Below are positions 28,125 to 38,216 of a DNA stretch of 64,000 nt, in pieces. Both the position numbers and the translations under genes were made by a program. The stretch lies in the IMG/VR virus record IMGVR_UViG_3300000868_000017; one strand, given 5' to 3'. The DNA is from an uncultured virus (IMG/VR IMGVR_UViG_3300000868_000017) (lineage: Duplodnaviria > Heunggongvirae > Uroviricota > Caudoviricetes > Thumleimavirales > Hafunaviridae). The first letter of the stretch is position 1; every line of letters begins with the position of its first letter. The notes below the pieces were generated by a model. It was not told the DNA's origin and made no database searches. It worked only from the letters and a program-made list of their open reading frames with translations.

Positions 28125-30571
28125 AGGAATCCCTCGTCTTTCAGTACCTTCTCGGCCTCGCTACTTACTGGTTTCCGTGTTAGCAGGTATGCCCTCACGA
28201 AGTACGGGTACGTGTCCACCAACACCCGGAGTTTCCGCAACTGCTTCCGACTCGGGTTCGGGACAGTCATAGCCTCGCTGAACGTGGACATGACCTCCTC
28301 GAAGTAAGTGGACGAATAGCCGCCCCGGAACACGATCTCCTTCGAGTCGGCCTTGTTCGGAGACTCGTCGTTTGCAATATGGACGACCTGATACCAGAAC
28401 GCCATATTCGCCGCCTCCTGAAGCCGCTTCTTCGGCTCCGACTCGGGAGTGGTCAGCTCGGGGAACTCATCCATCGACTCGTCGTAGAACTTCCGTTCAA
28501 TCGTCCCGACGAACTCGGGAGCGTCTGCTTTCGAGAGCGTGATTTCACCCCAATCGTTCATCGAGGTCGCGTAAATCTCCCCGTCCTCGTCAACATAGAA
28601 CCCCTCGTCGCCGTAGTCTTCGTGCGGCTTCTTGAATCCGTAAGCGATTGCGCTATTCGGGACGCCCTCCTCGTCACTCGATGAGAAGGTGGACGGGGAA
28701 TTGGGGCCATCCCATCCCGTAAACTCGATTACTTCGACTTCTCCATCGCGGAGAACCGCAACGAAGTCGCCCTGTTCGAGCTTCATATCGTCGGGCTTGA
28801 GAACCTGCTTCGGCGTTACCTCCCGAATGTGGTCTTTCAGGGCTTCCGTCGCCGGAGACGTTCCCTGAGCATCGAGTCGCGCGATCACCTCTACCTCGTC
28901 TTCCCAATCATGGAAGCCGTAGGGTTCGAGCTGGTCGCGGTTGTCCTCGACGATGTTTCCGTTCGAGTAACGAACCCGGTTCGGGGTTGAACCGTCGCGG
29001 GCCATGTACGACTCGATGTATCCGTGAACTGCGTTTTCCTCATCGTAGGGATTCCAGTCGGGAAGCCCGGAGTCATACATATGAGAGTGGGACGGGTCGT
29101 TACGCTTCGACCACGGCCCTGCGAAGTGGTACTCATCGGGGTCGTTCCCGTAGAACGTGTATTCGGCCTCAGTCGGCATACTGTATGCGTGACCGAACTC
29201 GTGTCCGAGCGTCGTATCCCACGAATTGCCTGAGCCGGGAGAGTGCTGGAGCCGCCAGCCGTCCGGGTCTGACCCGACGTGATCGCGGTCTTGTCGAATC
29301 CGAGCGTTCTCCCACTCGAAGATAACCCGACCGAGGTGTTCTCTGTCCCGAAACGACGGGAAGATGAAATCCTCCACGCCGTCGCGGAGACTCTGAACGT
29401 CAGCCGGGGAGGGAACACCGCCGTCCCCATCGGTCTTCGCCACTACATCATCGAAGTGGCCGAGCATCAGCTCGTCCTGCCGGGACTCCGAAGCTTGTGT
29501 GAAGTCTTCGAGGTCACGAATGACCCATCCGTTCAGGTCGTCGTCAACGTCGAACTCCTCGCCGTTGTCCAGCTCAACTTTGAAGCCGTCGTCCTTGTTG
29601 ATCGGGGAACTTGAGACGACGCCACGGGCGGTTTCTCCCGAGTGTTCGTTGTACGCCACGACTTCGGCCTTGTAGTAGGCCATCTGAGCCTTCCCACCCG
29701 CTGTATCGCGGATGAAGACCCGCTTCATCGAGTCGGTAGCAAACGATTCGTCGTACTCCGGCCTGTCTTCGACCTGAAGAACCCGAGTGACCGGAACCAT
29801 GTGGCTCTCGTCGGAGTCCACTTCTTCGACCACGTACCGGCGACTGTACCCGATGTAGTGGGCGTCACCCGTGACGTAGCCGTACAGGAGGTTCCCGTCT
29901 TCGTCGTACCAGTAGACGCGATCTCCTACGTCGGCCCGCCCGTCAGTATCCAGCGACGGGTGTTCTCCGAGCGGAGAGATAATGTCCGAGTAGTCAACGT
30001 CGTACCTGTCGCCCCCGCCGGTCAACGCGGTGAAGGAGTCGTCGTCCTTCTCTACAACGTCAACGAGGTAGTCAATATCCTCGTCGTGCTTGATGAACAC
30101 TCGGTCGCCTTCGTCCACGTCGTCGCGGTCGTAGCGCCCTGTGAGCGACCGGGGAACGTCGGGGCCTACGTCGAACACGGAGCCGCCGTCGTCGCCGCCG
30201 CCGTCGTCGTCTCCCCCGAGGGAGAAGCCCTGCATCTTCCGGGCGACCCACGGGAGTAGGGCTTGAACCGGAGGGCCGCCGTCAGCGTACTCGGACGCCG
30301 GAACACCAGCATCGAGCGCCCCCGCGTGGGGAGCCTCATTGATGAGCTTGATACTGGAACGAGTCGCGGTATCCCGACCGTCGACGAGTCGGAACCCCTT
30401 GGCGACCTCGTAGTTGAAGTACGCCTGATTCCGATTGATGATTTCGAGGGCTTTGTCCCGACCAGACTCCGCGATCTGCTCGGTGGACTTGTCCATCCCG
30501 CGCTTCAAGTCGCGCTTGATGTTGCGGATGGTGCGGTCTTCGCCCTTGACTCGAACCTTGATCTTCCCCAT
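28121..30571 (-). CDS. HK97 gp10-like neck protein with a ~690-aa C-terminal extension containing an HExxH motif
   Basis: Basic N-terminal ~120 aa (N-x-APHA-x-x-L-x-x-G...PP...L-x-x-W-x-x-RK), G/D linker, GDRV repeats, LGHEFGHAY. Confidence 0.7.
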   Translation of the reverse strand: MGKIKVRVKGEDRTIRNIKRDLKRGMDKSTEQIAESGRDKALEIINRNQAYFNYEVAKGFRLVDGRDTATRSSIKLINEAPHAGALDAGVPASEYADGGPPVQALLPWVARKMQGFSLGGDDDGGGDDGGSVFDVGPDVPRSLTGRYDRDDVDEGDRVFIKHDEDIDYLVDVVEKDDDSFTALTGGGDRYDVDYSDIISPLGEHPSLDTDGRADVGDRVYWYDEDGNLLYGYVTGDAHYIGYSRRYVVEEVDSDESHMVPVTRVLQVEDRPEYDESFATDSMKRVFIRDTAGGKAQMAYYKAEVVAYNEHSGETARGVVSSSPINKDDGFKVELDNGEEFDVDDDLNGWVIRDLEDFTQASESRQDELMLGHFDDVVAKTDGDGGVPSPADVQSLRDGVEDFIFPSFRDREHLGRVIFEWENARIRQDRDHVGSDPDGWRLQHSPGSGNSWDTTLGHEFGHAYSMPTEAEYTFYGNDPDEYHFAGPWSKRNDPSHSHMYDSGLPDWNPYDEENAVHGYIESYMARDGSTPNRVRYSNGNIVEDNRDQLEPYGFHDWEDEVEVIARLDAQGTSPATEALKDHIREVTPKQVLKPDDMKLEQGDFVAVLRDGEVEVIEFTGWDGPNSPSTFSSSDEEGVPNSAIAYGFKKPHEDYGDEGFYVDEDGEIYATSMNDWGEITLSKADAPEFVGTIERKFYDESMDEFPELTTPESEPKKRLQEAANMAFWYQVVHIANDESPNKADSKEIVFRGGYSSTYFEEVMSTFSEAMTVPNPSRKQLRKLRVLVDTYPYFVRAYLLTRKPVSSEAEKVLKDEGFL

Positions 30572-30573
30572 CG

Positions 30574-30909
30574 CTATTCAGAAACCTTCTTGCCGAAAAT
30601 CGCAACGTGAGTGTCGTACACGGTCGGGGACTCCAGTTCGTAGAGAACCCCGTCGTACCGAATCCGGTCGTTACCACCGGGGGCGTCGTCGCGTGCGAAT
30701 AGGAACACCGGGTGGTCGCGCTTCCGGGGGCCGCCCCGGTTGTTCAACTCTGTGTTCCGGTTCGGATATGTTCTAACGCATCGAGTGGTGTGAGAGAGAA
30801 TCCAATCATACTCGGGGTTGTTAAACTCGTCAACCCCGGCCTTCCCCTCGATGAGAACGTCGACGTCTTTCCCAAGACGGTCAATCGCCGCGTGAGCTTG
30901 CCGTCGCAT
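30574..30909 (-). CDS. Head closure protein (SPP1 gp16-like)
   Basis: DEF-x-NP...DRI-x-Y-x-G-x-x-Y pattern and position. Confidence 0.7.
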   Translation of the reverse strand: MRRQAHAAIDRLGKDVDVLIEGKAGVDEFNNPEYDWILSHTTRCVRTYPNRNTELNNRGGPRKRDHPVFLFARDDAPGGNDRIRYDGVLYELESPTVYDTHVAIFGKKVSE

Positions 30910-30911
30910 AA

Positions 30912-31352
30912 TCAGAGTGAGACGCTACCGGAGTCGTCCTCCTCGTCAGTACCGTACTCCCGGTCAGTCCGAGAGACAGAGGAAAGACCGAACGCCGCGC
31001 CGGGCTTGGTAATCCGGCGAATGGCGCTCTCCATATTCCGATACCAAACGGTCGTCTCGTTATTCCGCTTGGCGAGAAGTGCCTTATTGTCTATCGCGCC
31101 TACCTGAACGGTCTGAGCATCGAGTTCGCCTGCGGCAACCTTGAGGAAAAGCTTGGTCGCCCAATTAAGGGCTTCTTCCTGAGCCGGGTCGCCATACCAG
31201 TCGATCTCGGCCTCGTGGAGTGAGGTTCGGAGCTTGATATGCCGCTTAGCGTCCGAAACGACAGCATCCATCTCCTCATCGGAGATTCGAGATTCCTCGA
31301 TGCCGGTGAACGCCCGGACTTCGGATTTGAGTGTAGTATCGTCAGTTGCCAT
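30912..31352 (-). CDS. Head-tail adaptor
   Basis: Helical 146 aa directly after the major capsid gene. Confidence 0.65.
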   Translation of the reverse strand: MATDDTTLKSEVRAFTGIEESRISDEEMDAVVSDAKRHIKLRTSLHEAEIDWYGDPAQEEALNWATKLFLKVAAGELDAQTVQVGAIDNKALLAKRNNETTVWYRNMESAIRRITKPGAAFGLSSVSRTDREYGTDEEDDSGSVSL

Positions 31353-31396
31353 TGAATGTACGAAAAAGAAAAGTCGAACTCGAACGGCCCGTCCGC

Positions 31397-32350
31397 TTAC
31401 GAGAAGTTCGCGCTCTCGCCCGTGAAGTGGACAGCGCCGAGCGGGTTCGTCATGCTGACGCCGAACGACATCGTGCCGCTGGAGTTGATGATCTCACCCG
31501 GCTCGGTCGCGGGGCCACCCGTGGGGCGCGTGACCTGCATCGGACGGTCGATGTATTCCTTGACCGGGTTCTCACCGACGCCGATGACGTAGAACTCGTC
31601 ACCACGGAGGTACGGCGTGGTCATCAGCTCAACACCGTCGATGCTGAACGTCTGCTCACGCACGTCCTGCGAGCGCATCCCCGTCGCCATCGGGATGTGG
31701 TAGTCCATATCCCACGACAGCTCGTTGCGGAGCTTGCGCTTCAGGTCGATAGACATGAGCGCGACCTTCTGCCCGTTCCACCCGTGGTGGCGAAGCTCGT
31801 CAGCCGCGTACTCGATGTGTTCGCTCGCACGGGCCGAAGTCTGCCCGAGCAGGTCGTCCGTGCCCGAGAAAACGTGGGAGTGCGTGCGGTCGAAGCCGTA
31901 CTCGCCGTGGTCGGGCACGTCGAACCAGACCGGCTCGCTACCGTCTGCGATGCCGTTGAAGATCACATCGTGGATGATGCGGTCTTCCGTTTCCTTGCCC
32001 TCAGCCAGCACATTACGAACCTGCTTCATAATGTGTTCGCTGGTGGACTTTTCGAGGAACCGCTGAGTGAACCCGAGCGACTTCCCGTATTCGCTCGTGC
32101 GAATGGTCATCTGGAGGTAGTCGTCGTCATCAGCGCGAGTCGTGCCGGGGAACTCGCCCTCACTCAGCTTTTCCCACTCGCCCGGCTCAGCCTCGATTTC
32201 CTGAAGGAAAGTCTGCTGATCGACCTGCTCAACGAACAGGTCGCGGAACGGGCGGTCAGCCTCGTTAAAGTAGTCAACGAGATTCTGAGTCTGCTCAGCA
32301 ATCTCGACAAGCGGAACGTCGTCCTTAGTGAAGATTTCGCGGTTAACCAT
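31397..32350 (-). CDS. Major capsid protein (HK97 fold)
   Basis: 317 aa; E-loop SEGE-x-P, YG-x-x-x-x-FT, spine helix; position in the head module. Confidence 0.85.
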   Translation of the reverse strand: MVNREIFTKDDVPLVEIAEQTQNLVDYFNEADRPFRDLFVEQVDQQTFLQEIEAEPGEWEKLSEGEFPGTTRADDDDYLQMTIRTSEYGKSLGFTQRFLEKSTSEHIMKQVRNVLAEGKETEDRIIHDVIFNGIADGSEPVWFDVPDHGEYGFDRTHSHVFSGTDDLLGQTSARASEHIEYAADELRHHGWNGQKVALMSIDLKRKLRNELSWDMDYHIPMATGMRSQDVREQTFSIDGVELMTTPYLRGDEFYVIGVGENPVKEYIDRPMQVTRPTGGPATEPGEIINSSGTMSFGVSMTNPLGAVHFTGESANFS

Positions 32351-32391
32351 AAAGAGTTAGAAGATAGAGATTAAGTCTTTAGGCTGGTACT

Positions 32392-32907
32392 CTACGCCAG
32401 CGTCTCGTACTCGTGGTTCACGTCCAGAAGGAACGTGGTCGCGTTGACGGCAACCCCGAGGTACTGCACCAGTTCGCCCGACGCGCTCGGAGCGGTCTGC
32501 GTGACGCCGCCGCCGACGCCGAGATAGACCGGCTCGTTCGGGGCGAAGTCCACCGTGGCGTCCTCGTCTTCGAGGTAGATGCCGTGGGTGAAGTACGTCA
32601 CTTCGTCGCCAGCCTGCGTGCGCTCCTTGTCGTAGGCGTCGTCGAGGCGGCGACCCATCGTGCCGTTGTCGTGGAGCGTGGCCGACCAGTACGAACGGTC
32701 GCGCACGTCCTCCATGAGAACGCCAATAGCGGGCTGTGCAACGCCAGCGTCAGCGTCAGCGGGGACGACGATGGTGTTCCCATCAACGTCCGCATCCAGA
32801 CCAACGAGATCGCCCTCAAGCAGAGGGAGATTGGCCTCGGGGTCGAGAGTTTCACCGTCGCGGTTCAGCGGCGTGTCCTTGAACTTAGCGAACTTGAAGT
32901 TAGCCAT
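32392..32907 (-). CDS. Capsid decoration/cement protein
   Basis: GD-x-V...ADA...AIGV...VYL-x-x-x-G-x-x-T-x-TAP...LG-x-A pattern. Confidence 0.7.
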   Translation of the reverse strand: MANFKFAKFKDTPLNRDGETLDPEANLPLLEGDLVGLDADVDGNTIVVPADADAGVAQPAIGVLMEDVRDRSYWSATLHDNGTMGRRLDDAYDKERTQAGDEVTYFTHGIYLEDEDATVDFAPNEPVYLGVGGGVTQTAPSASGELVQYLGVAVNATTFLLDVNHEYETLA

Positions 32908-32929
32908 TATATATCAGAAATTCCTTTGT

Positions 32930-33358
32930 TTAGAAGCCAAGCCCCGGAATATCCCCGAGGTACTCCTTTGCGAAGTCTGCCTTCGCGTCTTCGTCGTGCG
33001 TCTCACCGCGCTGGCCCATGTCAGAGAACTCGGCCTCCTCGTCCCCCTCGTCGTCCTCCTCCTCATCCTCGTCCGCCTCAGCGAACTCAGCAAGAAGCTC
33101 GCGCTTCCGCGAGATCGAGAACACCGCCAGCTCGTCCTCACCAAGAGGCGAGGCTTCGGCAAGCTCGTCCGTCAGTTCAGCGTCGAACTCCTGAACCTCC
33201 GAGACGCGGCCCTCAAGACCTTCGATAGTCTCGCTGGCCTGCTCGAACTCCGCAATATTCTGTTCCTGTGCTTCAGAGAACTGACGAACGAGCGAAGCAA
33301 GCTCGTCAGCCTCCATCTCATCGAGATCGGTGTCAAAAGTAACCTTCTGGAAATCCAT
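32930..33358 (-). CDS. Putative scaffolding protein
   Basis: Very acidic coiled coil between protease and capsid genes. Confidence 0.55.
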   Translation of the reverse strand: MDFQKVTFDTDLDEMEADELASLVRQFSEAQEQNIAEFEQASETIEGLEGRVSEVQEFDAELTDELAEASPLGEDELAVFSISRKRELLAEFAEADEDEEEDDEGDEEAEFSDMGQRGETHDEDAKADFAKEYLGDIPGLGF

Positions 33359-33364
33359 GATTAG

Positions 33365-34126
33365 TTAGAAGGAGATAGTCTCCGTGCGGACAGAGAAGGC
33401 CGAGTTCTCCGAGGACTCCCCCACATCGAGGGGGTTGGCTTCGTCCTCATCATCGACAGCGGCGTTCACCTGCTCCATGATGTGTTCTGCGAAGGCGGCG
33501 CTCGGAAGTCCAAGCCCACCATCATCGTAGCCTCCGGGGAACGGGACGGTACTGAACTCTCGAATCTGCCCGTCGATGAGTTCAGGCTCACCGTCGTCGT
33601 TCACCACCGCTTCATACTGATTACCGAACCCGACCGAGCCATCGGTCATCGTCGGCGGGGTGTACGTCAGGCGCTTCACCACTTCGTCGTGGGTCGGAGC
33701 GCCCGTGTTGAACACCCGATTCATCAGCATCAGCTTGCTCACCGACTCCTCAAACCACACCCGCTGGACTTTCCCAATCTCGTCCAGCGGGCGGTCAGAG
33801 TGGCCGAGCATATACGGCTCATGTCCCGAGTAGTTCTTCTCCGCGACCTTCCGCAGAAACGTGTCCGTGATACGAACGCCGTTGCGGTCTTCGGGCGGGC
33901 CGGGTTCCATTGCTTCGTACACAACATCAACCGACAGGAGATCGCCCTCGTCGTCGCGGTTCTCACGCACCCCGTACTCGTTGAACCCATCGAGGTCAAC
34001 GGACTCGGGGAAGTGCCGCCCGGCAGTAAACTCAAGCTGAGCGTCGGAATCAACCGGCGTCGGCTTATCGTCGGGCGGGGAATCGGTACTGGTCGAAAAT
34101 TCGATTTCGTGTAGATCGAGACTCAT
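33365..34126 (-). CDS. Prohead protease
   Basis: DRNG, LGH...IG, GSVGF, EFS-x-VP-x-P motifs of HK97-type maturation proteases. Confidence 0.8.
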   Translation of the reverse strand: MSLDLHEIEFSTSTDSPPDDKPTPVDSDAQLEFTAGRHFPESVDLDGFNEYGVRENRDDEGDLLSVDVVYEAMEPGPPEDRNGVRITDTFLRKVAEKNYSGHEPYMLGHSDRPLDEIGKVQRVWFEESVSKLMLMNRVFNTGAPTHDEVVKRLTYTPPTMTDGSVGFGNQYEAVVNDDGEPELIDGQIREFSTVPFPGGYDDGGLGLPSAAFAEHIMEQVNAAVDDEDEANPLDVGESSENSAFSVRTETISF

Positions 34127-34407
34127 AGCAGAGTAAAGAGATACGTCACAGCCGCCCCGAAACCGAGAGTAAGTGCAGTTACGAACGCCCCGATAATCAA
34201 GGAGTTACGTCGGCTACGGTTGTCGGTCTTCTCGACTTGTGCTTCCATCGGGACAATCCGGTTATCGCGCAGATTCTCCACTTGTTCGCGGTTGTTTCGA
34301 GAACGCTCGTCGGTACGAGCAAGCTGTGAGTTTAGGTCTTGAATCTCACTCAGAATACTCTTGAGGAGTTTCACCTCGGAGTCTCCATCCGGGGATTCAG
34401 CGGGCAT
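34123..34407 (-). CDS. Coiled-coil protein with C-terminal transmembrane helix
   Basis: Heptad segment followed by LIIGAFVTALTLGFGAAVTYLF. Confidence 0.65.
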   Translation of the reverse strand: MPAESPDGDSEVKLLKSILSEIQDLNSQLARTDERSRNNREQVENLRDNRIVPMEAQVEKTDNRSRRNSLIIGAFVTALTLGFGAAVTYLFTLL

Positions 34408-35846
34408 TAGGCATTTTCATCCTCCGTGATGGACTGCCGATTACGCTCATTCGAGCTGTCTCGTCCCGATTCTCGGGACTTGACCTCCCCACCCGCCGAC
34501 TCTACACCAGTCCCGGTGTCAGTCGGACGCCCACCATCAGGGTTCTGCGCCCTGTCGCCACGCCCGGCGAGTTCCGTAATAAGTGGAATAATCTCGCTCG
34601 TGAGCTGGTCGGGGGACGGCAGTTCAACCTCGGGGTCGATGCCAGCCCGCTCAGCGAACGCTTCACGAGTGAGGAACCCGGACTGATAGAGCTTGATGAG
34701 CTTATCAATCTCAAGCCGCTTCTCAGCCGACGAGTGTTCCCCGAACTCAAATTCGGGAACTACGCCGTCAAACTCATCAAGCGAGGATTCCACCATCAGC
34801 GACTTGAGAATCTGGTTCTCAACAGCCGACTTGATGATGTTCTGAAGACGCTTGATACGCCGCTTGAACGCAGGCATAGAGGCGGTAGCTTCGCCCGTTG
34901 TGCCGCCCATGTTCATCAGGAGCGCGGGAATCCCAAGCCCCGTGATGATACGGTTCTGAAGATGCTCGAACGTCCCTTCGAGCTTCATAGCCCCCGCCGT
35001 CGATGAGGTAGAGGTCACGCCGACAATCTCGGATTCAACGTCGTGGGGAGCCGCGAGCATCGAATCCGGCTCGATCTGCTCCACGGTGTCCAACCACCCG
35101 GAGATTTGGTCTTCCGACCATTGCTCCTCCTCAGTCCCGAGCTTCCACAGCACGGGGGGATACGCCTTCGTCGCTACGAAGCGGGCGTAGTCGAACTCCA
35201 TGTCGCGGAGCATATCCGCCTGCTCCTGAATCGGCTCGACGAACGACCGCCCGAAGTCCTCGGCGGGGTCTTTCGTGAACCAAAGCTCAGCGACCTCGTG
35301 TGGGTCGTAAATCGTCGCGTCGTCGTCGTCGGGGCCACCGCCACCCGGAGGCTCCAAAGCATACTTCGTGACGAACCCGTACTCGTCCGTCTTCTTGTGC
35401 ATCCGCTCGGTCGGGAGGATACGCGGACGGAACCACTCATCCTCCACAACCAACTCCATGAATGAGTGGCCGTCCTGAGCCGCGTACTCAACCCATTGGT
35501 TGAACACGCGCCAATACTCGGAGTTGTGAAGCAGAAGCGAGATCGGCGCAATGTCCTCCTCGGTCTGCTCCATCCCCGTACCGGGGACGTTCCGAGGTGA
35601 GATGTTGAAGCCGTCACCGCAGAGCCAGTCGATGAGCGTGTAAAGTCCCTCGTGAACGTGGGGGTCTGTGCGAACTATGTCTCGATTCTTCTGAATCTCC
35701 GACTTGGGAGCCTCAGATGATCGAGGGCCGGTGAATCGACTCCCACCACCCTGTCCACGTTCCTTGATCGCGCCCTTCGGGGAGTCGGCGGCGAAGTCCA
35801 TCCGCTCGCCCTCCTCGGGAGGGTCAACAAAATTTCCAGTAGTCAT
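34407..35846 (-). CDS. Portal protein
   Basis: 479 aa after terL; DG-x-x-F-x-E, FG-x-S, GIP-x-x-L motifs. Confidence 0.88.
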   Translation of the reverse strand: MTTGNFVDPPEEGERMDFAADSPKGAIKERGQGGGSRFTGPRSSEAPKSEIQKNRDIVRTDPHVHEGLYTLIDWLCGDGFNISPRNVPGTGMEQTEEDIAPISLLLHNSEYWRVFNQWVEYAAQDGHSFMELVVEDEWFRPRILPTERMHKKTDEYGFVTKYALEPPGGGGPDDDDATIYDPHEVAELWFTKDPAEDFGRSFVEPIQEQADMLRDMEFDYARFVATKAYPPVLWKLGTEEEQWSEDQISGWLDTVEQIEPDSMLAAPHDVESEIVGVTSTSSTAGAMKLEGTFEHLQNRIITGLGIPALLMNMGGTTGEATASMPAFKRRIKRLQNIIKSAVENQILKSLMVESSLDEFDGVVPEFEFGEHSSAEKRLEIDKLIKLYQSGFLTREAFAERAGIDPEVELPSPDQLTSEIIPLITELAGRGDRAQNPDGGRPTDTGTGVESAGGEVKSRESGRDSSNERNRQSITEDENA

Positions 35847-35860
35847 TTAAAAAGAGTAGA

Positions 35861-37552
35861 TTAGAACTTCCGTCGCCGCCTTCCAGTTGAACGGCGTTTG
35901 TGTCTTGAGCTGTAACCGCGTTCCTTGCGTCCGTGCGAGAGAGCATACCCGCGACCGCCGGAGGACTGCCCGCTAATCTTCAAGCCTGCCCATCCGTCGC
36001 GTTCCTGTGGTTCTTCCACCTGAACCGAAGGGGTCACGTCCTCTCGCTGTTGGAGATTCCGTGACTTGTCGGCCTTGAAGTTCGGCGGGAACGCCGCGAG
36101 AACCGTCGCCATAGCGAGGTCGTCCTTCCCCTCCGGGGCGTGTTCCTTCCCGGTGAACTTCGGCTTCTGCCAATCCTCCTTCTGCTGTTTGACAATCGCG
36201 CCGAGCTGTTCACGCAGAGGTTCGTCCTCGGGGAGCCACACGAGGTCGTTGTGAAGGGCGTAATTCATGTTGCCCATCATCTTCTCCACCTTGTCCTTCG
36301 CGGAGAAATTGAAGCCCGTGTAGGCCCGTCCGATACGCCGCCGAACTTCGTCGTGGAACCCCTGCCCCACGCCCGTCATGTCCATCACGACGTTGGAAAC
36401 GCCCATAGCGTGATACACCTGAGAGATACGCTCGGCAACCGCCGCAGGGTTCTGCCGACTCGATGGAGTGATTCCCGCCTGCGAAAGCACGCGGTCGTTC
36501 ACGATCTCCTTGTACCGGCAGTACCGACGCGGGCCTTCATGCTCGAAGACCGCGAGAGCCGTGTCGTCGGAGTTGAACCCAATATCCACTCCCATGACCA
36601 GCGTGTTCGTCGTCTCGTACCGCCTGAGGCCGTAGGAGTAATCCTCAGCGGCCCCCCGACCCATTGCGACCTCTATGGTGGGCATAGAGAAGAAGCGGTA
36701 CTCGTCGCTCACAGGGCGGCACAGATACTCTTGTGCGAAGCCGTTGGGGTCGCTGGCTCGCTGAGTTTCCGCCGCCATCAAGTCAAAGTCGCCCCGGACG
36801 GGTTCCACGTCCTGCTCGAACAGGGAAACGTCCGTCTCGATCTCGTCCGCGTTCTTGAACGTCGGCTGTTTCAGCGCGAGAATCCCGAAGTCGTTGCGAC
36901 CGTCCGGCGTCCCCCGCTCGTTGGCCTGCATGAACTCATCGTTCGACGCCTTCGGAGTGGACACCTGAACCATCTGACTCGAACCGAGACTGATGGTGGG
37001 CAGGTACGCATCGAGGGTGGCGCTCTGGTCTTCGAGGAAAGCCATCTCGTCAATAAAGACCGTCTTCGGCGGGTCTTCACCACGAGCGGAGTCCGGGTCG
37101 CCCGTGTACGCCTTGATACGCGACCCGTTCGAGAGAACAATCTCGTCCTGATTGTCCTTTTCCAGCTCAATGTCGATCTTCGCGTTCTTGATTAGCGTCT
37201 TAATGTCGCTAATCCGCGAGTTCGACTGCCCCTTGGTCTTCGAGAGAATGGGATAGAACGTGTCCGGCTTGAGAAGCGCCTCAAGCAGAATACAAATCCC
37301 AATTACGTAGGAAACGCCGATACGACGGCCCTTGTAGATGTTCAGAATCTTCGAGCCGCCGTAGAAGTAGGCGTGCATAATCCGGGGCTGGTACGGTCGA
37401 AAGAGCGTTAGCGGCTCAATTTCGTCCGTATCCAGATTCTTCGCCCGGAGAATGTCCTCTGCGAGAAGATCGGGCCGTCCATCCCACCTCTCAAGCAATG
37501 CGTCAACGTCAGCATCGCTCTCGGAGGCGAACTCCTCAGCTATTTCCTGCAT
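35861..37552 (-). CDS. terL: Terminase large subunit
   Basis: PYQ, KGRRIGVS (Walker A), ARG, FIDEMAF (Walker B), STP, QEY-x-C, GVDIG, DMTGVG, DD-x-x-x-A. Confidence 0.95.
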   Translation of the reverse strand: MQEIAEEFASESDADVDALLERWDGRPDLLAEDILRAKNLDTDEIEPLTLFRPYQPRIMHAYFYGGSKILNIYKGRRIGVSYVIGICILLEALLKPDTFYPILSKTKGQSNSRISDIKTLIKNAKIDIELEKDNQDEIVLSNGSRIKAYTGDPDSARGEDPPKTVFIDEMAFLEDQSATLDAYLPTISLGSSQMVQVSTPKASNDEFMQANERGTPDGRNDFGILALKQPTFKNADEIETDVSLFEQDVEPVRGDFDLMAAETQRASDPNGFAQEYLCRPVSDEYRFFSMPTIEVAMGRGAAEDYSYGLRRYETTNTLVMGVDIGFNSDDTALAVFEHEGPRRYCRYKEIVNDRVLSQAGITPSSRQNPAAVAERISQVYHAMGVSNVVMDMTGVGQGFHDEVRRRIGRAYTGFNFSAKDKVEKMMGNMNYALHNDLVWLPEDEPLREQLGAIVKQQKEDWQKPKFTGKEHAPEGKDDLAMATVLAAFPPNFKADKSRNLQQREDVTPSVQVEEPQERDGWAGLKISGQSSGGRGYALSHGRKERGYSSRHKRRSTGRRRRKF

Positions 37553-37558
37553 GAAAAA

Positions 37559-37765
37559 CTACTGAATGTTGTCTAAATTGACGTAAGAATCGCCGTCCAG
37601 CGCCTCAATCCACGCATACCAGTTGCGGGAGTCCTCGATGAGATACCGAGGCGGCTCCACACCGGAGTCACCAAACTCCAATCCGACGGCTTCGCCGTCC
37701 AACGGAGTATTAGTTCGGGGGTATGCTTCCGATTTAGACACCTTCACCGGCTCATAGGGGTTCAT
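37559..37765 (-). CDS. Hypothetical protein
   Basis: 68-aa ORF in the late operon. Confidence 0.6.
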   Translation of the reverse strand: MNPYEPVKVSKSEAYPRTNTPLDGEAVGLEFGDSGVEPPRYLIEDSRNWYAWIEALDGDSYVNLDNIQ

Positions 37766-37800
37766 AAAGAGAGATTCGCCGCATCGAGTCGGGGAGAACG

Positions 37801-37995
37801 CTACTGAACCGTGATCGTGATCGAATCGCCGCAGATTTCGATTTTCTCCACGTCAGCGGGGTCAACATCCGTAGAACCACGGATATGACCGTCCAGAACC
37901 GACGCGAGGGGGAGTGAAAGGCCAAATTCGACCGTATCGTACTCGAAATCCGGCCCAGAAAGGCCGCAGTCGCAGTTTTCGCAAGGCTGAGTCAC
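37801..37995 (-). CDS. Small CxxC protein
   Basis: CENC motif; operon context. Confidence 0.55.
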   Translation of the reverse strand: MTQPCENCDCGLSGPDFEYDTVEFGLSLPLASVLDGHIRGSTDVDPADVEKIEICGDSITITVQ

Positions 37996-38092
37996 GATTC
38001 AGTCCTCGAAGGTGAGGTTTTCCTCGAAATTCGCTTCTTCAGTCTCCTCTCGGACGAGCTTGCCGTCCTCAGAGACACTAAACTTAGAGTTT

Positions 38093-38209
38093 TCAGACGT
38101 TTCCATTGACTTGAGTCGCCCCCTCGATGCGGAAATCCCCAAGAAGAACGCCACAGGTGGAGCAATTCCCGCCTTTGGGGGCGTGATAACCGCAGTTATA
38201 GCAATTCAT
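38093..38209 (-). CDS. Zn-finger microprotein
   Basis: MNCYNCG...CSTCG, 38 aa. Confidence 0.55.
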   Translation of the reverse strand: MNCYNCGYHAPKGGNCSTCGVLLGDFRIEGATQVNGNV

Positions 38210-38216
38210 AGTTGAT

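Noticed and set aside
11594..37195. Long antisense or alternate-frame ORFs over nrdJ and structural genes (e.g. 11594-12364, 23202-24362, 31346-32374, 36140-37195)
   Set aside because: Shadow ORFs caused by high GC3 codon bias; non-acidic, no motifs, fully overlapping well-supported genes.
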